DNA of 64,000 bases from an uncultured Poribacteria bacterium (GCA_951813565.1 OX638351.1:1312001-1376000), one strand, 5' to 3'. Counted from the first letter of the stretch, positions 20,544 to 31,598 are shown. Made by a program: numbers and translations. The notes: a model not told the origin generated them from the letters alone.

Positions 20544-21920
20544 ATGAAAAACAAAAATCCTTACCTAAACATTGACCAGCAAATGGTCGGTGACATTTAT
20601 ACAAGCCGCGAGGCTATGGAGAATTTGACGGTTTTATGTGATGACTTCGGATCCCGCTTTGCAGGAACCCCCGAAGAATACAAGGCTGCTACTTTTATCT
20701 CTGAAACATTTACTCGCTACGGTCTCAAAAACGTTAGATTGGAGGAATATCCCTACGCAGGTTGGACACGCGGTGCAGCTACGCTCACAATCACAGAACC
20801 TATTGAACGGACTTTGCACTGCATTTCGCTACCTTACTGTCCGGCGGGTGATATTACAGGTGAACTCGTTTCTGTCGGACATGGAAGTCCTCCTGAATAC
20901 AGTGGACTTGGTGAAACAGCCCGTGGTAAACTCGTGATGGCGAAAAGTTCATCACCGAGAGACCTTGGTAGGTGGGTACATCGGAAAGAAAAGTATGAAC
21001 GTGCATTTCTCGGTGGGGCAAGTGCTTTCATTTTTGTGAGTGAACACCCTGGCGTTGGACCAGAAACCGGTAGCCTTCAAAATAACAGACCCGCACCTAT
21101 TCCTGGTATCTCTGTTTGTAAGGAAGATGGCGATTTTCTGACACGATGTATTGATCGTTATGGAAAGGTGACAATGCGTCTGCAAACGACAGACATTAAC
21201 GAGCCTCGCACCTCATGGAACGTAGTCGCTGACTTACCTGGGAAAGAAATTCCTGAAGAGATGATTGTTCTGGGATGCCATTACGATGGACACGACATTT
21301 CGCAAGGTGCGCATGACCCCGCCTCAGGTATGGTTTCCGTTATAGAAGCGGCGCGTGTGTTAGCAACCTACACATCGGATATGCTAAAACGTACCATCCG
21401 ATTTATCGCTTTCGGAACGGAGGAAATTGGGCTTACCGGCGCATTTCGCTATGTTGAAGTACATGCAAACCAGTTAGATAACATTCGGTTCATGTTGAAT
21501 ATGGACGCAGCCGGCGGCACAAGTCGAAAAGGGATTGTTTTGCATCAATGGGATACGTTGGTACCGTTCTTTCAAACAGCACAGCAACAGATGCATGCAG
21601 ATATGCCTGTAGGACAGAAGGTGCATTCCTACTCCGACCATTTTCCGTTTTTTCTTGAGGGGGTGCCATCATGTCACATGGGCGACCCTACTTCTGTTCC
21701 ATCTGGACGCGGTTTTGGACATACTGCTTATGACACATTGGAAAAGGTGGAGTTGGAAAACCTTCGACGTGCAAGCTCAGTCGGTGCAAGGGTAGCGCTC
21801 CGATGCGCAAACGTAGAAAAATTTCCCGCAAAACGCCGTTCTAACGAGGATGTGCAGAAAATTGTTGATACAGACCCAGGATTAGAAGGGTACCGCATCT
21901 CTCTGAAATTGAAAGCATAG
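20544..21920 (+). CDS. M28 family metallopeptidase with PA domain
   Basis: HYD, GAHDPASG, EEIGL, NMD, SDHFPF, HTAYD. Confidence 0.88.
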   Translation: MKNKNPYLNIDQQMVGDIYTSREAMENLTVLCDDFGSRFAGTPEEYKAATFISETFTRYGLKNVRLEEYPYAGWTRGAATLTITEPIERTLHCISLPYCPAGDITGELVSVGHGSPPEYSGLGETARGKLVMAKSSSPRDLGRWVHRKEKYERAFLGGASAFIFVSEHPGVGPETGSLQNNRPAPIPGISVCKEDGDFLTRCIDRYGKVTMRLQTTDINEPRTSWNVVADLPGKEIPEEMIVLGCHYDGHDISQGAHDPASGMVSVIEAARVLATYTSDMLKRTIRFIAFGTEEIGLTGAFRYVEVHANQLDNIRFMLNMDAAGGTSRKGIVLHQWDTLVPFFQTAQQQMHADMPVGQKVHSYSDHFPFFLEGVPSCHMGDPTSVPSGRGFGHTAYDTLEKVELENLRRASSVGARVALRCANVEKFPAKRRSNEDVQKIVDTDPGLEGYRISLKLKA

Positions 21921-21947
21921 ATTGAATAGGTTTCTGTGGTATAACGA

Positions 21948-23453
21948 ATGAAGGCAAGCAAAATCCAAAACAGATCTCTGTCATATAATATAGGGATTTT
22001 ACTAAAAGATTTCTTTGTGTTTTGTAAGCGTCCACGGATTGCAATTCTGCTTTTAGTGTTAGTCCTTTCACTGTTCAGTTTTTTGCTTCAAGCAAGTGTA
22101 CACGCCGAGCAAGACCTACAACGTGCCGTTACGCAATCGAGACGGACAGCAATCGTAACAGCAGTCGAACGCGCAAGTCCCGCAGTCGTGAATATCAGCG
22201 CTATACAGAGTGTTACGCAGCTAACATCCCTTGATGAGTGGTTTTTGAGAGAATTTTGGGGAGAAGTTCCACCTATTCGCAAACGTTCCCTACGTGAAGT
22301 CGGTTCAGGTGTAATTATCAGTGAAGATGGTTATATCCTTACGAATCATCACGTTATTAAAAAAGCAGAAAAGATCAGAGTTGCCATCCCTGACGGACGA
22401 GAATTTGATGCGCATGTACTCGGTTACGATTTTCTCTCGGACCTCGCGCTTTTGAAAGTGGATACTAAAGAAGATTTACCCCAAATTAAATGGGGTGACT
22501 CCGATAATTTACTCATTGGAGAATGGGCGCTCGCAATCGGAAATCCCTTTGGGTTATCATTTGGCAACGCTCAACCAACAGTAACAATTGGAATTGTCAG
22601 TGCTACACAACGTTCTCTGGCGCTAGATAATCGTTTTTATGAAACACTAATACAAACAGATGCCTCTGTTAACCCAGGAAATAGTGGTGGTGCTTTGGTA
22701 AATGTACACGGTGAACTTATCGGTATAAACACCGTCATCCGTTCAACAAGCGGTGGTTCGCAAGGGGTTGGATTTGCTATTCCTGCAAATAAAGCGAGAA
22801 AGGTAATTGAGAAAATTACAGAACACGGATGTATTGTCCCTCCTTATCTTGGTGTGGAGATACAATCTGTAACAGAAGAAATGGCTGAAAAACTTTTGGG
22901 GAAGGAAGCTTCACAAAAATCCGTTTTTTCGCGTGGCGTTTTAGTATCGGAACTGGAAAAACAGAGTCCTATTGCTGCTGCCGGTATTAAACGAGGTGAT
23001 ATTATCCGGTCCATCTCAGGGCATCAGACTAAGGATGAAACCGATTTTAAGGCGGTTGTACGCTTACTGCCGCTAAACCAAAACATAAAGTGTGAATTTA
23101 TCCGTCGTGGTAAAAAAAGAGAGACGAACTTGAAATTAAAGACACTGGAATGGGAATATGCACCACAAAGATGGGGACTCACACTCACGCAGCCCGATAA
23201 GAAGAGGGCAAAAAAATATAAACGCCGTGGTGTCCTCATTTCACACATTGAAAAAGGAAGTGGATTAGCAGAGGTTCTTAAGAAAGGGGATGTTATCTAC
23301 CAAATAAACGATATTGAAATTCATACTCTTGAAATTTTTAAAATTGTTGATGAACGGATTCATGCACCAAGTAGAATTCAAGTCTACTTCGAGAGAAATG
23401 GCGAACAGAAGTCTATCCCTATCACTTTTCATAGGAACAATCGTTGGAGATAG
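21948..23453 (+). CDS. HtrA/DegP-family serine protease with two PDZ domains
   Basis: TNHHV, DLALL, NPGNSGG triad motifs. Confidence 0.92.
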   Translation: MKASKIQNRSLSYNIGILLKDFFVFCKRPRIAILLLVLVLSLFSFLLQASVHAEQDLQRAVTQSRRTAIVTAVERASPAVVNISAIQSVTQLTSLDEWFLREFWGEVPPIRKRSLREVGSGVIISEDGYILTNHHVIKKAEKIRVAIPDGREFDAHVLGYDFLSDLALLKVDTKEDLPQIKWGDSDNLLIGEWALAIGNPFGLSFGNAQPTVTIGIVSATQRSLALDNRFYETLIQTDASVNPGNSGGALVNVHGELIGINTVIRSTSGGSQGVGFAIPANKARKVIEKITEHGCIVPPYLGVEIQSVTEEMAEKLLGKEASQKSVFSRGVLVSELEKQSPIAAAGIKRGDIIRSISGHQTKDETDFKAVVRLLPLNQNIKCEFIRRGKKRETNLKLKTLEWEYAPQRWGLTLTQPDKKRAKKYKRRGVLISHIEKGSGLAEVLKKGDVIYQINDIEIHTLEIFKIVDERIHAPSRIQVYFERNGEQKSIPITFHRNNRWR

Positions 23454-23562
23454 GTGTTTTAAGGGTGATAGAAAGCGAACACAGTGAGTTTGCTGTTAAG
23501 TAAAAATAATAAAGACAAAATAAGATATTAATTACATTAAACTACGACAATGGAGAACGAAA

Positions 23563-24276
23563 ATGAAATTGCAGCTACCCACACTCATTATTGTCTGTTT
23601 GTCTGTTGTGTTGATTCTTACTATATATTTTTTGGGTAGGAACACACAATCCATTCAAGAGTCTAACGAGGAAAGTGAAGAGTTTCAAACAGTTCGGATT
23701 GATGCTGAGAACGCTTACAACGCACAAAATTTCAATCAAGCTATAGAACTTTATGAACAGGCATTAGAGTTACGCCCTGAAAACGCTGAAATATATAACG
23801 ACCTCGGTTCTACTCATTACGATCTTGGATTGAAATATGCGGGACCGAAATGGCCCTCATGGCAGATTATGGACAAATCGGTTGAAGGCGCGCTTGCAGA
23901 GTTTGACCGTGCAATACAAATAACAGAGTCTGGATATATTGTTTTTGAAACGAGTTCGACTGAAATAGCAAAAGCAGTAGAAGAAAAGGCAAAGTTAAAG
24001 GGTGCTGCTGTCTTTCCTTACCATGGAAACTCACAGACTACACTCAATATCCTTATTGGGTCTACAAAAGATCATCTGCTACAGGCGCGTTGGATGTTTC
24101 GTAAGTCTATAGAATTGAAATCTACTTATGCTGCACCCTATCGTAATATCGGTGCGTTCTACATGAAAATAGGTATTAGAGATAAGGCTCTCAATTATTT
24201 GCGGGAAGCATACAAACGCGAACCGAGTGATGAGGTACTCGGGGAATATCTGCAACAATTCCGGAGTGAATTTTAG
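23563..24276 (+). CDS. Membrane-anchored TPR protein
   Basis: N-terminal TM helix; TPR repeats at both ends. Confidence 0.8.
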   Translation: MKLQLPTLIIVCLSVVLILTIYFLGRNTQSIQESNEESEEFQTVRIDAENAYNAQNFNQAIELYEQALELRPENAEIYNDLGSTHYDLGLKYAGPKWPSWQIMDKSVEGALAEFDRAIQITESGYIVFETSSTEIAKAVEEKAKLKGAAVFPYHGNSQTTLNILIGSTKDHLLQARWMFRKSIELKSTYAAPYRNIGAFYMKIGIRDKALNYLREAYKREPSDEVLGEYLQQFRSEF

Positions 24277-24353
24277 GCGTTACTTTATAGGTATTTTGGC
24301 AAGCACTACAGTCTATTTTTACCATACCTAATTGACTATTGATCATAATAACC

Positions 24354-24748
24354 TGTAGGTTGGGTAGAGCGCAGCGAAACCCATAAATCGACGCTATGAA
24401 TGCCTGAATCAACGCCAAATGCGCCTGTGGCATTTGGCGGGTGTAAACTTAAGGATTTATTTCAGATTTCACACATTTTAACCCAAACAACACCGTAATC
24501 CGATTGTAGGGGCGGGTCTCCGGGGAATGCCAAAAGGCATTCGGACCCGGTGAATGACTAAATGTCGTTCATACCGTTGATTTCTTGATTTGGTGCCCGC
24601 CCGTTGTTTGAATACATTAGCAATGGCGGGGCACAGAGACCCCGCCAAATGCCAAAAAGCGCATTTGGCGTTGATTTGGCCCTACAAGGTTTGACGGGAA
24701 TTATCCACTAAATTGACGCCTATAGGTAGAGCACAGCGAAACCCAACA
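24354..24748. repeat. Deeply nested REP / MITE / micro-hairpin cluster
   Basis: REP GTAGGTTGGG..AAACCC; MITE ends GGTGTAAACTTAAG / CTAAATTGACGCCTATA; interrupted REP doublet GTAGGGGCGGG..CCCTAC; five hairpin+TTGATT units. Confidence 0.8.
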
Positions 24749-24815
24749 ACTGAATGCTAAAGTTGGTTTCTCGTTCGCTACGGAGTCTGTATTATAGAAA
24801 TACAAAATATTAATT

Positions 24816-27800
24816 ATGAAAAGCCTAACGCAAAAACGTTGCACTGGCTGTGGTTTTATGAACCCAGCAGTCAATTTTTGTGGTGACTGTGGTCGCGAAC
24901 TTGGTGACACAGACATACCAATCAGTGCAACCCCTATCAGCAAGGCAGAAAGACGACAACTGACAGTTTTGTTCTGCGATGTTATAGATTCTACTGCATT
25001 GACAGAACAGTTGGATCCAGAGGATTTACGACAAGTATTGGACTCATATCGTGAATCTGTCGCAGAGGTCGTTTTAGAATATGATGGACATATCGCGCGT
25101 TATTTTGGCGATGGTATCTTAGTATACTTCGGGTACCCGATTGCACATGAAGACGCAACGCGTCGCGCTGTACAAGCAGGATTGAAGATTGTTGCTGGAT
25201 TAGATAGTCTAAATTTTCGCTTGACAGAGATATTTGGTATTCAGATACAGGTGCGCCTAAGTATAGATACCGGTTTGGTAGTCGTATGGGAAGTAGGGAT
25301 GCCCATCAGTAAGTCAAGCGAGCGTATATTTTCTTTAGAACATTATCATGGCGATGCGATAGATATTGTCGGAAAAACGCCGAATATAGCCGCTCGCATG
25401 CAGCAAGTTGCGCCACCAAACGGTATCGTGGTTGGTGAGACTACGCTCAGATTGATTGAAGGACTTTTTACATATCAAGACTTGGGCACATTAGCACTGA
25501 AAGGAATTTCGCAACCTGTTCCGATTTATCAGATACTCGGTGAACATCCGGATAGTGCACTCCCAGATTTCAGACGCGAACAAGCAAAACTTCCACTACA
25601 AAGCAATGTGACGCCTTTAATTGGACGAACGCGACAGGTAGCAACCCTAAAAGCACGATGGAAACTCGCTGCAGCATCGTCAGGACAGGTCGTCCTAATT
25701 GAAGGCGAAGCAGGCATCGGCAAATCACGCATTGTTGCTGTTATCGCCGATCAGGTGACAGAAACTGATACACAAATATTAGAATGCCGCGGTTCACCGG
25801 ATTCACAAAATAGTCCACTTCACCCAATTCTATCGCTTTTGCGACAACAACTCTTACGGTTCGGTGAAATGGACACCGGAAGTACGCAGCTGCAAAAACT
25901 GGATCAGTTTTTAAATACCCACGAACTTTCACAAAATCTGCTCCCTCTGTTGGCAGAACTCTTAGAGATAGATGCGGACTACCGAACTTTGGATTTAAAA
26001 CCAGAGCAACGTCGCAGACGCACTTTACAAGCACTTGTCCAGATTTTCCTGAAAACTGCTGCACGAAAGCCACTTTTACTGATCGCAGAAGACCTACATT
26101 GGGCTGATCCATCTACTTTGGAGTTGCTGCATCTGTTAATCTCGCGGATTGAAACCGCACCGATCCTCGCAATTTTGACATCGCGTGCCGAGATGGGGGT
26201 TCATCAGGATAGCACACAAGCAGAAGGGAGAGTAAAACTTAAGACACTTGCTGAATTAGAATGGGGAACCGAAATATCGCTCAAACGTTTGAACCGTAGG
26301 CAGGTTTCACAAATGATTGCAGAAGTGGCAGGCGATCGGGCAATACCTACGGATGTGTCAAAACAAATTGCAGCGAAAACAGAAGGCGTACCGTTGTTTG
26401 TAGAAGAATTAACACGCATGGCACTTGAAGCCGACCTGCAAAACATTGATGTTTCAACAGAAATACCAGCAACACTACAAGCGTCGTTGACTGCAAGACT
26501 CGACAGACTCGGTTCGAGAAAAGAACTCGTTCAGCTTGGCGCAACACTGGGTAGAGAATGGACAGCAGAACTGCTATATAAGGTCGTAGCGAGTATTGTT
26601 GAAGAACCTGAAGAGGGTGAGTTTCTTGCACATCATGATCTGTTTGCTGCACTCCCTCCGTTTCCAGAACAGCAGAATGATCTCACATGGGTTAAAAAAG
26701 AATTACAGCAGCTTGTTGAAGCAGAGATCTTAAGGTGTCGACAAACCCATGAGAATAAACAAATTTATACTTTCAAGCATCCGTTGATTCGGGAGACAGC
26801 GTATCAAACACTGCTTAAAAGCACCCGACACGCGTATCACCGACGGATTGCCAATGTGTTACGGCAAGCATTTGGGGATGTTGTGCGGGCTCAACCGGAG
26901 TTAGTTGCATACCACTACACGGAGGGTGAACTTCCTGAGCGGGCTATTGAATTTTGGCAACAAGCAGGACAACGTGCGGTAGAACGATCCGCAAATGTTG
27001 AGGGCGTTCGTCATTTGACGCAAGGATTGACTCTATTAGACACATTGCCAGAAACCCCTGCACGCTCAGCACGCGAATTGGTAATTCAAACAACTTTGGG
27101 CCCCGCACTTATTGCAACAATGGGTTATGCGGCACTTGAGGTAGAGAAAACATATACACGTGCAAAAGCACTGTTGGAAACTATGCCGAATAATGAGCGC
27201 ATGCCACTCCGATTCCCGATTCTATTTGGACTATGGCTCTCCTATTTGGTACGGGCAAAGTTACAAACAGCACGAGAACTCGGAGAACAGTGTCTTGTGA
27301 TGGCGCAACAACAAGCGAGCACAGTATTGGAAGTAGAAGCACATCGGGCATTAGGTGCAACACTTTACTACCTCGGCGAGTTAAGAATGGCACACGCTCA
27401 CGTTGAAGCAGGAATCGAACGTTATGACCCACATCAACACCCAGTACATGCGTTTTTTCATTATCTTGCTGATCCAGGGATGACCCTGCGTTCTTACTCC
27501 GCTCCGTTAGTGTGGTGTTTAGGATACCCCGAACAAGCCTTAACGCAGCTACAGGCAGCACAGCAGATGGGTGAGGAACGACCACATCCGTTTAGTCAAG
27601 TGGTTTCCCTACATTTTGGAGCACTGTTATACCAACAACGCCGCGATGTAGAGAAGGTCAACACGTATGCTACAGAACTACTCGTTATTTGCCGAGAGCA
27701 CGGTTTTTCCGTGTGGGAACCAACGGGTAGAATAATGAAAGGTTGGGCACTTCAACAGGACGCTGGTAATACACACGAAGAAGGAATAGCTTTGATTCGA

Positions 27801-28310
27801 GAAGGAATTGCCGATTGGGAAGCCAATCGATCTCGTGTCCTACGGCCTGTTTACTTAGGGATATTAGCACAGGCTTGTGGTCAGGCAGGAAAGTTTCAAG
27901 AAGGGATTCAGGCAATTGAAAAAGCACTTGAAGCCGTCGCGGAAAGTGGTGAACGCACCAATGAAGCAGAACTCTATCGACTCAAAGGAGAACTTTTGCT
28001 ACAATCGGGTAGAGATTCCCTGTTAACTTGTCAAGCAGACGAGCAAAACGAATGTTCTTTGACACATCAACGTGAGGCAGAGACATGTTTTGAAAAAGCG
28101 TTGACTATTGCGAGGCATCAAGAAGCGAAATCGTGGGAACTCAGAACTGCTGTCAGTTTAAGCAAACTTATGATAACACAGAATCGGCATGATGCTGCGC
28201 ACGCGCTACTTAAACCGATCTATGAATGGTTCACAGAAGGATTTGAGACTACTGACTTGACAGAGGCACGTGACCTATTGGAAATCTTGAAAAGAGGTGA
28301 AACGCTATGA
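24816..28310 (+). CDS. Class III adenylate/guanylate cyclase fused to STAND/AAA ATPase and TPR region, with N-terminal zinc ribbon
   Basis: CTGC..CGDC; LFCDVIDST, FGDG, NIAARMQ; GEAGIGKS; EDLHWAD; FKHPLIRETAY; WFTEGFET. Confidence 0.9.
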   Translation: MKSLTQKRCTGCGFMNPAVNFCGDCGRELGDTDIPISATPISKAERRQLTVLFCDVIDSTALTEQLDPEDLRQVLDSYRESVAEVVLEYDGHIARYFGDGILVYFGYPIAHEDATRRAVQAGLKIVAGLDSLNFRLTEIFGIQIQVRLSIDTGLVVVWEVGMPISKSSERIFSLEHYHGDAIDIVGKTPNIAARMQQVAPPNGIVVGETTLRLIEGLFTYQDLGTLALKGISQPVPIYQILGEHPDSALPDFRREQAKLPLQSNVTPLIGRTRQVATLKARWKLAAASSGQVVLIEGEAGIGKSRIVAVIADQVTETDTQILECRGSPDSQNSPLHPILSLLRQQLLRFGEMDTGSTQLQKLDQFLNTHELSQNLLPLLAELLEIDADYRTLDLKPEQRRRRTLQALVQIFLKTAARKPLLLIAEDLHWADPSTLELLHLLISRIETAPILAILTSRAEMGVHQDSTQAEGRVKLKTLAELEWGTEISLKRLNRRQVSQMIAEVAGDRAIPTDVSKQIAAKTEGVPLFVEELTRMALEADLQNIDVSTEIPATLQASLTARLDRLGSRKELVQLGATLGREWTAELLYKVVASIVEEPEEGEFLAHHDLFAALPPFPEQQNDLTWVKKELQQLVEAEILRCRQTHENKQIYTFKHPLIRETAYQTLLKSTRHAYHRRIANVLRQAFGDVVRAQPELVAYHYTEGELPERAIEFWQQAGQRAVERSANVEGVRHLTQGLTLLDTLPETPARSARELVIQTTLGPALIATMGYAALEVEKTYTRAKALLETMPNNERMPLRFPILFGLWLSYLVRAKLQTARELGEQCLVMAQQQASTVLEVEAHRALGATLYYLGELRMAHAHVEAGIERYDPHQHPVHAFFHYLADPGMTLRSYSAPLVWCLGYPEQALTQLQAAQQMGEERPHPFSQVVSLHFGALLYQQRRDVEKVNTYATELLVICREHGFSVWEPTGRIMKGWALQQDAGNTHEEGIALIREGIADWEANRSRVLRPVYLGILAQACGQAGKFQEGIQAIEKALEAVAESGERTNEAELYRLKGELLLQSGRDSLLTCQADEQNECSLTHQREAETCFEKALTIARHQEAKSWELRTAVSLSKLMITQNRHDAAHALLKPIYEWFTEGFETTDLTEARDLLEILKRGETL

Positions 28311-29167
28311 GACTTGGTGTCGTTGGCATGTGCAGTGATTTCCGAACGCTGAATCAGGAAGAGATAGCAGCAATCCAGAAATTGCAGTTTACTGGAGTGA
28401 GTTATCATTTCGCGAGTGCAAATATTCCGCTTGTTTCACCAGATGAGATTACGCGATGTCGTCATTTGCTTGACAAAGCACAACTCGATTTGGTACAATT
28501 TGGTATTACCTATGGGGAGTGTCTGTTTGATCCGCGTCCTTCAGTACGCGAAGCAGCGATTGAAGCAGTAAATTGTGGAATGCCCGTGGCGAAAGAACTT
28601 GGCGCGTTTTTTTACTTATTTCGACCGGGCAGCTTGAACCCGGATGGCGCGTGGACATCTCACCGGGATAACCATTTGCCTAAATCAATGGAATGCTTAA
28701 TTGAGACGCTTAAACCTATCGCAGAAAATGCTGAACGTGAAGCGTTAACACTTGTCATGGAAACACACGCGGTATCTATTATGGGTTCACCTGAGATATG
28801 TAAAGAGGTCGTTGAGAAAGTTGGCTCTGACAGACTTCGTATCGTCATGGACTTTGTAAATCATTTCCAAACGCTTCGTCAGGTCTATGAAAGCGATGTG
28901 AGGCTCAACCATATTTTTGATGTTATGGGACCGGTTGCTCCTATGGCGCATGTTAAGGATATTCGTGTTGAAAATGGGTTAGTTTTACACCTCAATGAGG
29001 AGGTGCCAGGTGAAGGAGAATTGGAGTTGGGTGTCGCGTTGAAGCGTTTTGATGGACTTTATCCAGATGGCTATGGATTGATAGAGCACCTACCTTTGGA
29101 GAAAATTCCGCTTGCCAACGAAAATGTACGCAAAATTGCAGCTGAAAATGGGGTTAATATCTATTAA
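28307..29167 (+). CDS. Sugar phosphate isomerase/epimerase (TIM barrel, AP-endonuclease-2 like)
   Basis: MET, MDFVN, HVKD, PGEG, IEH motifs. Confidence 0.85.
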   Translation: MRLGVVGMCSDFRTLNQEEIAAIQKLQFTGVSYHFASANIPLVSPDEITRCRHLLDKAQLDLVQFGITYGECLFDPRPSVREAAIEAVNCGMPVAKELGAFFYLFRPGSLNPDGAWTSHRDNHLPKSMECLIETLKPIAENAEREALTLVMETHAVSIMGSPEICKEVVEKVGSDRLRIVMDFVNHFQTLRQVYESDVRLNHIFDVMGPVAPMAHVKDIRVENGLVLHLNEEVPGEGELELGVALKRFDGLYPDGYGLIEHLPLEKIPLANENVRKIAAENGVNIY

Positions 29168-29183
29168 TGAGAGGATTCGCATC

Positions 29184-31571
29184 ATGTTAAAGAAAAGACA
29201 AATAATATTGCTAATTCTCGTTTTAGGGATGGTCTTTGTGGCTTATGCCGCGATGGCACAGGAAGAAACTACCGGGGGCGATTTACAGGGTAGTGTGAAG
29301 AATATTTGGGACAAAGTGAAATGGCCTATTATTGCTGCCGTTTCAATGTTTATTTTCCAAGGTGTCCTTTATATAATAAGCTTGTTTAAGAAAGACAGAC
29401 TCCTTAAAACGCTGTTGAACAAGTATGTGATCTTTCATATGAAGGACGGACGCCGCTACCAAGGTACTATGCGTTTAGATACCAGAGGAGCAGAAATTGT
29501 TTCCGAAGAATCCAGACAACGCGGGCAAGCCCCAAGCTATATTTTTAGCAAGGATCAATTGCAGACTGAAATTGGCTCATATATCCGTTACTTAGATACG
29601 ATGAATGATCGAGAAAAGCAGGAACGGAAATGGGAACTTGATCGGTTGATTAATCCGCCACTTTCGCACAGAATGGTCCGAAAAATCCGAAATATGTTTA
29701 TTGAACTTAATACAGCGGCAAAAAATGCCATCAGCATGGTATGGGGTGGAATCAGACAAGCGGCAAGTCCCCTACAGGCACAGTTGAATCGAATAAATAC
29801 AGCAGCTAAAGAATTTGGAGGGGAAGCCGCATCATTTGATCAAGTGGATATTAAAGAACAATCAAAAGAATTCTTGCAAGAAGAAAGTTATGAGAGGATT
29901 ATTGAACGCCTCGTTGGTACACGTGTCAAAATCCGGATAAAGGATGTGAAACATGCCGACGGTGAATATATGGCACTTTTCAAAGATTACAACGGAAAGC
30001 ACATGACATTCATGAATGTGAGGGATAAGGACAATAACGGTTACAGAGACCATTGGGGTTACGATCACGAATACAAACACGATATCAATAATTTCAACCG
30101 ACGCGATGACCGAGGACTTAGGTGTCGAATGGTAGAGGACAAGCAAGGCAGATACTTTTTAGTCTTTGAAAACAATACTTCTTATACTATCCAAGTCGGT
30201 AAAATTCGACTGTTTGATCCAGGTGAATGGGGGAGAAACCTTGAATATAAATGGCATATTGAGGGGCTCAGTGTTAGAAGACTTCGCCTCAACCCAGTAG
30301 CACAACATAATGTCGGTCCGTTTGAACGTGTCAGAACACTCGAACCTCGCACGCCGAGGCAATTTAAAAAGATAGGAGTTGAATTTCGCTCTTTTCGAGA
30401 CGCGGATGTTATCTTTCCGCGTACTGTTTGCACTATTATTGAAAGTGCTGAAAAGCATCAAGAGGAATTGTTCAGTATATCTGCCTTAACAGACGCTATT
30501 CTTGACCGGAGTGAATCTGAAGAAATCGCGATCCAGGATTCGGAAGGACGACCAATTCACGGTATGAATCTCGTTCATGGATACGTTACTAATGTAAATG
30601 AAGAACGAATTGACCTAAAATCAATTGATTCCAGTTATAGCCGACGTTGGGAGGTAGAAAGTGCTTATACGCATTTTGATAATACCTTACGCCATCGAGT
30701 TCCTGCACATCGGAAGTTGATTCCGTATTTCGCGAACCGCCTTGTTACACAAAACGCACTCGTTGAACAGTTAAGGGAAAACAAACTACAGCAAGAGACA
30801 TTTTCTCAGTTAGCGTATCCTAAACTCGTCAAAAGACAGTTACGAGTTCCATTGATGAAGTTGTTACCTTCAAATAATGGATTGCGTCTACCACTTAAGG
30901 TGATGGCACTCACAGGCAACGTCACTCATGAAGAATTCCCTATCCTTGAACGTTTTGAATATGTTTTGGAACATCATATGCTATATGAATCTGTTAATAA
31001 CATACGGAACGACCGGCTCGCAAAAATGGACATACTATGGATAGGTGCGGGTGAAATTTACAAGGCAGGTTACCGCCTTAATATTGATGCTGAACACCGA
31101 ATCAAAAATTTCGTTAGCCAAGGTGGGGTTGTGATTGTTTCGGGACAAGACGTTAAGACAAACTCCAGACAGAGGCGCGGGACAGGATGGATTCCAGAAC
31201 CACTGACAGGTGTAGAATATGATGAAACAGATGAACTTTTGCCAACCGCTCAAGGTAGAAGAAGCCGTATCTTCCATACCCCAAATACGCTTAACACCAC
31301 ACCAGATACCAAAGAGATCCCATTAGTTAAGCTTGACGATATGTGGGTAGATCCGCTCGGTAAATGGAATTCACTCGCTAAGTCTACTGAGCAGGACGCC
31401 TCAGCATTGCTTACGCTACCGTTTCAGAAAGGGTTATATATTGTCACAAGTTTGAAGAATGAGACGGGCAGGGATGTAGAAATAAACAATAAATTGATGG
31501 AAAACCTACTTCATTTCTCTGTTAAGTGGATAGATAATCAGAAGTGGAAACAACGCTTCTTACCCCGATAA
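29184..31571 (+). CDS. Large membrane-anchored hypothetical protein (possible Sm-like folds plus C-terminal GATase1-like domain)
   Basis: Long ORF with GAGG RBS; signal peptide plus TM helix; fold guesses from motifs only. Confidence 0.6.
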   Translation: MLKKRQIILLILVLGMVFVAYAAMAQEETTGGDLQGSVKNIWDKVKWPIIAAVSMFIFQGVLYIISLFKKDRLLKTLLNKYVIFHMKDGRRYQGTMRLDTRGAEIVSEESRQRGQAPSYIFSKDQLQTEIGSYIRYLDTMNDREKQERKWELDRLINPPLSHRMVRKIRNMFIELNTAAKNAISMVWGGIRQAASPLQAQLNRINTAAKEFGGEAASFDQVDIKEQSKEFLQEESYERIIERLVGTRVKIRIKDVKHADGEYMALFKDYNGKHMTFMNVRDKDNNGYRDHWGYDHEYKHDINNFNRRDDRGLRCRMVEDKQGRYFLVFENNTSYTIQVGKIRLFDPGEWGRNLEYKWHIEGLSVRRLRLNPVAQHNVGPFERVRTLEPRTPRQFKKIGVEFRSFRDADVIFPRTVCTIIESAEKHQEELFSISALTDAILDRSESEEIAIQDSEGRPIHGMNLVHGYVTNVNEERIDLKSIDSSYSRRWEVESAYTHFDNTLRHRVPAHRKLIPYFANRLVTQNALVEQLRENKLQQETFSQLAYPKLVKRQLRVPLMKLLPSNNGLRLPLKVMALTGNVTHEEFPILERFEYVLEHHMLYESVNNIRNDRLAKMDILWIGAGEIYKAGYRLNIDAEHRIKNFVSQGGVVIVSGQDVKTNSRQRRGTGWIPEPLTGVEYDETDELLPTAQGRRSRIFHTPNTLNTTPDTKEIPLVKLDDMWVDPLGKWNSLAKSTEQDASALLTLPFQKGLYIVTSLKNETGRDVEINNKLMENLLHFSVKWIDNQKWKQRFLPR

Positions 31572-31598
31572 TTCCATCTGGATGCGATTTCTATAGTG

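Noticed and set aside
24354..24748. Possible CRISPR array (30-36-nt palindromic units)
   Set aside because: Units are nested, variable and in mixed orientation, with no regular repeat-spacer period and no cas genes.
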